NCBI GenBank assembly: GCA_023231475.1
Contig: JALJEE010002373.1
Coordinates: forward strand, 62,001-87,929
DNA: 25,929 nucleotides
Direction: 5' to 3'
From: Seison nebaliae
Lineage: Eukaryota
The notes beneath the pieces are model-generated. The model had not been told where the DNA came from and searched no databases. It saw nothing but the letters and a program-made list of their open reading frames with translations. Shown here piece by piece: positions 24,204-25,929 of the stretch. Every line of letters starts with the position of its first letter. Within the stretch, counting starts at the first letter, position 1. The translations under genes and the position numbers were made by a program.

Positions 24204-25929
24204 ATATTAGTGTTAAAATTTGATAGAAATATTCATTTATTCATCGAGAGTCTATATCCGTATCCGTACTATATTGTTTATTGAAGATATAATGTGAAGA
24301 TTGTGAATTTTGTTGTTATCAGATATATGAATTCATTGTCACGTGGTAGTAAATAACGAATGTAAAACTAAATAAATCCAATAAACAATCGCATGCAAAT
24401 TTATTTCAAATTAAAGGCACAACATATGTTTTGTCTTCAAACTTAATGGCAATGGTTAAAAATAGTTTATGCTCATCCACAATAATCACGTTTTTGGTCG
24501 TATCATTTATTAAAAAGTATTCAAACGCCAATTCGACTACTTCACAACAATAATAATGGTTTTCTTCTTTCACTAAAATTTTCTGCTTATAATAAAAATA
24601 CTTTGAATTGTTTTTGAAAGTTTTAGATTCCGCATTTGCAATCCAAATACCATTACGTTCAACAAATCGGTTATATATTTGAGAAATAGGTAAATTTCCG
24701 TTTTTTAAACTTCTGGTAAGGATTCCGTAAAAGTTTTCAAATTTAAAACCTGAATTCTTTTCCAAATGGAACCTCTGACCACTATTCGCCAAATGTAAAA
24801 TGTTATGAATATTAATCGAATACGTATCTCCATAAAATTCAATGAAGTTGTTATGAAATTTTTCTAAACAATCTCTAACGATTTCAAATTGAATATTGGT
24901 TATGGATTCGTTTAATAACATTCTCATTGCCTTACGGAGTAACAGGAAATTATGTAAACAACTTACTTCTAAATTTCCCATCAATACAAAAGGAGCATAA
25001 TATAACAAAAATATCCGAAATTGGCTCGCTTTCCATTGAGTGAATTGAGTTATTGGTGAATTGCAAAGTCGAGAAAAATTCCGTCTGGTAACGCAAGAAT
25101 TAAATAAATCTAATTTAAGGTTCATATTATTTATTAATTCATGATTTGTTAGTTTTACAGAAGAAGACCGAGGAATCAACCAAATCGACATACATTTCTT
25201 CACAACGCCCAAACAAATCATATGCATATAATCCAATGAAAAATCAGCTACCATATCAAAATATGACAAATTAGTTAAAGGAGTACATTTCTTAGAATGG
25301 GTTTGGTTATATACTCCTGCTCGAAATTCATCATTTGTTCGTAGTTCCATTTGACGTTGATTAGTTATATAATTCATTCGATTGTTTTTATGTTGTCCTT
25401 TAATCTTGCAATATTCACAACAATAGAATGAATTATGTGATACGACACCTTTAATGACCGATCTTGCTGGAATGTCCGAAACTATATTCTTCAACTTAAT
25501 GTTTCTTTGTTTATTCAATTCATCAATAACGTCGCTCAGAAGTTCAATATTTGATGGTTTCACTTTTCCAATACAAACTGATAATAAGAAAACTTGCTGT
25601 TCTTCGAATAAGGAAAACGACACAATCCAAAACTTCTTCGAAGATGTTTTTAGCAATTGAACACCATCGCAGTTCAAAGTTATTTCATATTCTTTTTGAT
25701 TTGAATATGTTATTTTATCATAGAGTGTTAAATTGTTCCGTATCCCAAAATAAATATAATTCTCTTTTTTTATAATAGATGTCATTACATCATTGCATAT
25801 ATTTTTCGTTCTTAAAGTTCTGCAGTCTTTAGGCAAATCGACATCTGAATAATGTTTATGAATAAACGACATTAATTCATTTGTTGCAGCATTGGAAATA
25901 TTATTTTTCAATATTATCTTTTTAAAATC
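23378..25929 (-). mobile_element. CACTA/EnSpm-like (CMC superfamily) DNA transposon, one end in window
   Basis: Transposase plus accessory ORF in tandem. Candidate terminus TA|CCCTACTATACA at 23378 is followed by subterminal GTTGA/CAAC repeats (ACGTTGAATCAAC, AAGGTTGAAA, TAGGTTGAAT, CTGTTGATT). Confidence 0.7.
24406..25929 (-). CDS. DDE transposase, EnSpm/CACTA (CMC) type; 5' end beyond window
   Basis: Uninterrupted frame open to the window edge, with motifs LPKDCRTL, LNCDGV, SDIPAR...SHNSFYCCEYC, LDYMHMICLGVVKK, WKASQFRIFLLY, NIHNILHL and FKFENF (candidate D, D, E triad). Confidence 0.88.
   Translation of the reverse strand, partial: DFKKIILKNNISNAATNELMSFIHKHYSDVDLPKDCRTLRTKNICNDVMTSIIKKENYIYFGIRNNLTLYDKITYSNQKEYEITLNCDGVQLLKTSSKKFWIVSFSLFEEQQVFLLSVCIGKVKPSNIELLSDVIDELNKQRNIKLKNIVSDIPARSVIKGVVSHNSFYCCEYCKIKGQHKNNRMNYITNQRQMELRTNDEFRAGVYNQTHSKKCTPLTNLSYFDMVADFSLDYMHMICLGVVKKCMSIWLIPRSSSVKLTNHELINNMNLKLDLFNSCVTRRNFSRLCNSPITQFTQWKASQFRIFLLYYAPFVLMGNLEVSCLHNFLLLRKAMRMLLNESITNIQFEIVRDCLEKFHNNFIEFYGDTYSINIHNILHLANSGQRFHLEKNSGFKFENFYGILTRSLKNGNLPISQIYNRFVERNGIWIANAESKTFKNNSKYFYYKQKILVKEENHYYCCEVVELAFEYFLINDTTKNVIIVDEHKLFLTIAIKFEDKTYVVPLI

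Overview
AT-rich, compact animal (invertebrate) genomic DNA with mostly 40-70 nt introns. Gene order: 3' end of a Sushi/CCP-domain gene (+); an IQCK homolog with a perfect RFX X-box (+); a large secreted EGF-repeat locus (3366-10907, +) with a Pro/Gln/Cys repeat exon, tandem 7-cysteine EGF exons, microexons and apparent alternative terminal modules; ~5.8 kb without clear genes; an SLC22-family transporter (+); POLR1H/RPA12 (-) head-to-head with DLD (+); a MADF-domain gene (-); and one end of a CACTA/EnSpm-like (CMC) DNA transposon with an accessory ORF and a transposase (-) running off the window. The most striking signal is the splice code. About 41 of ~49 introns reconstructed by hand start GTT with little further consensus (17/17 in the four conserved genes). 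Canonical GTRAGT/GTA donors are concentrated at microexons and longer introns. All exon models are manual, frame- and homology-based inferences without transcript data.
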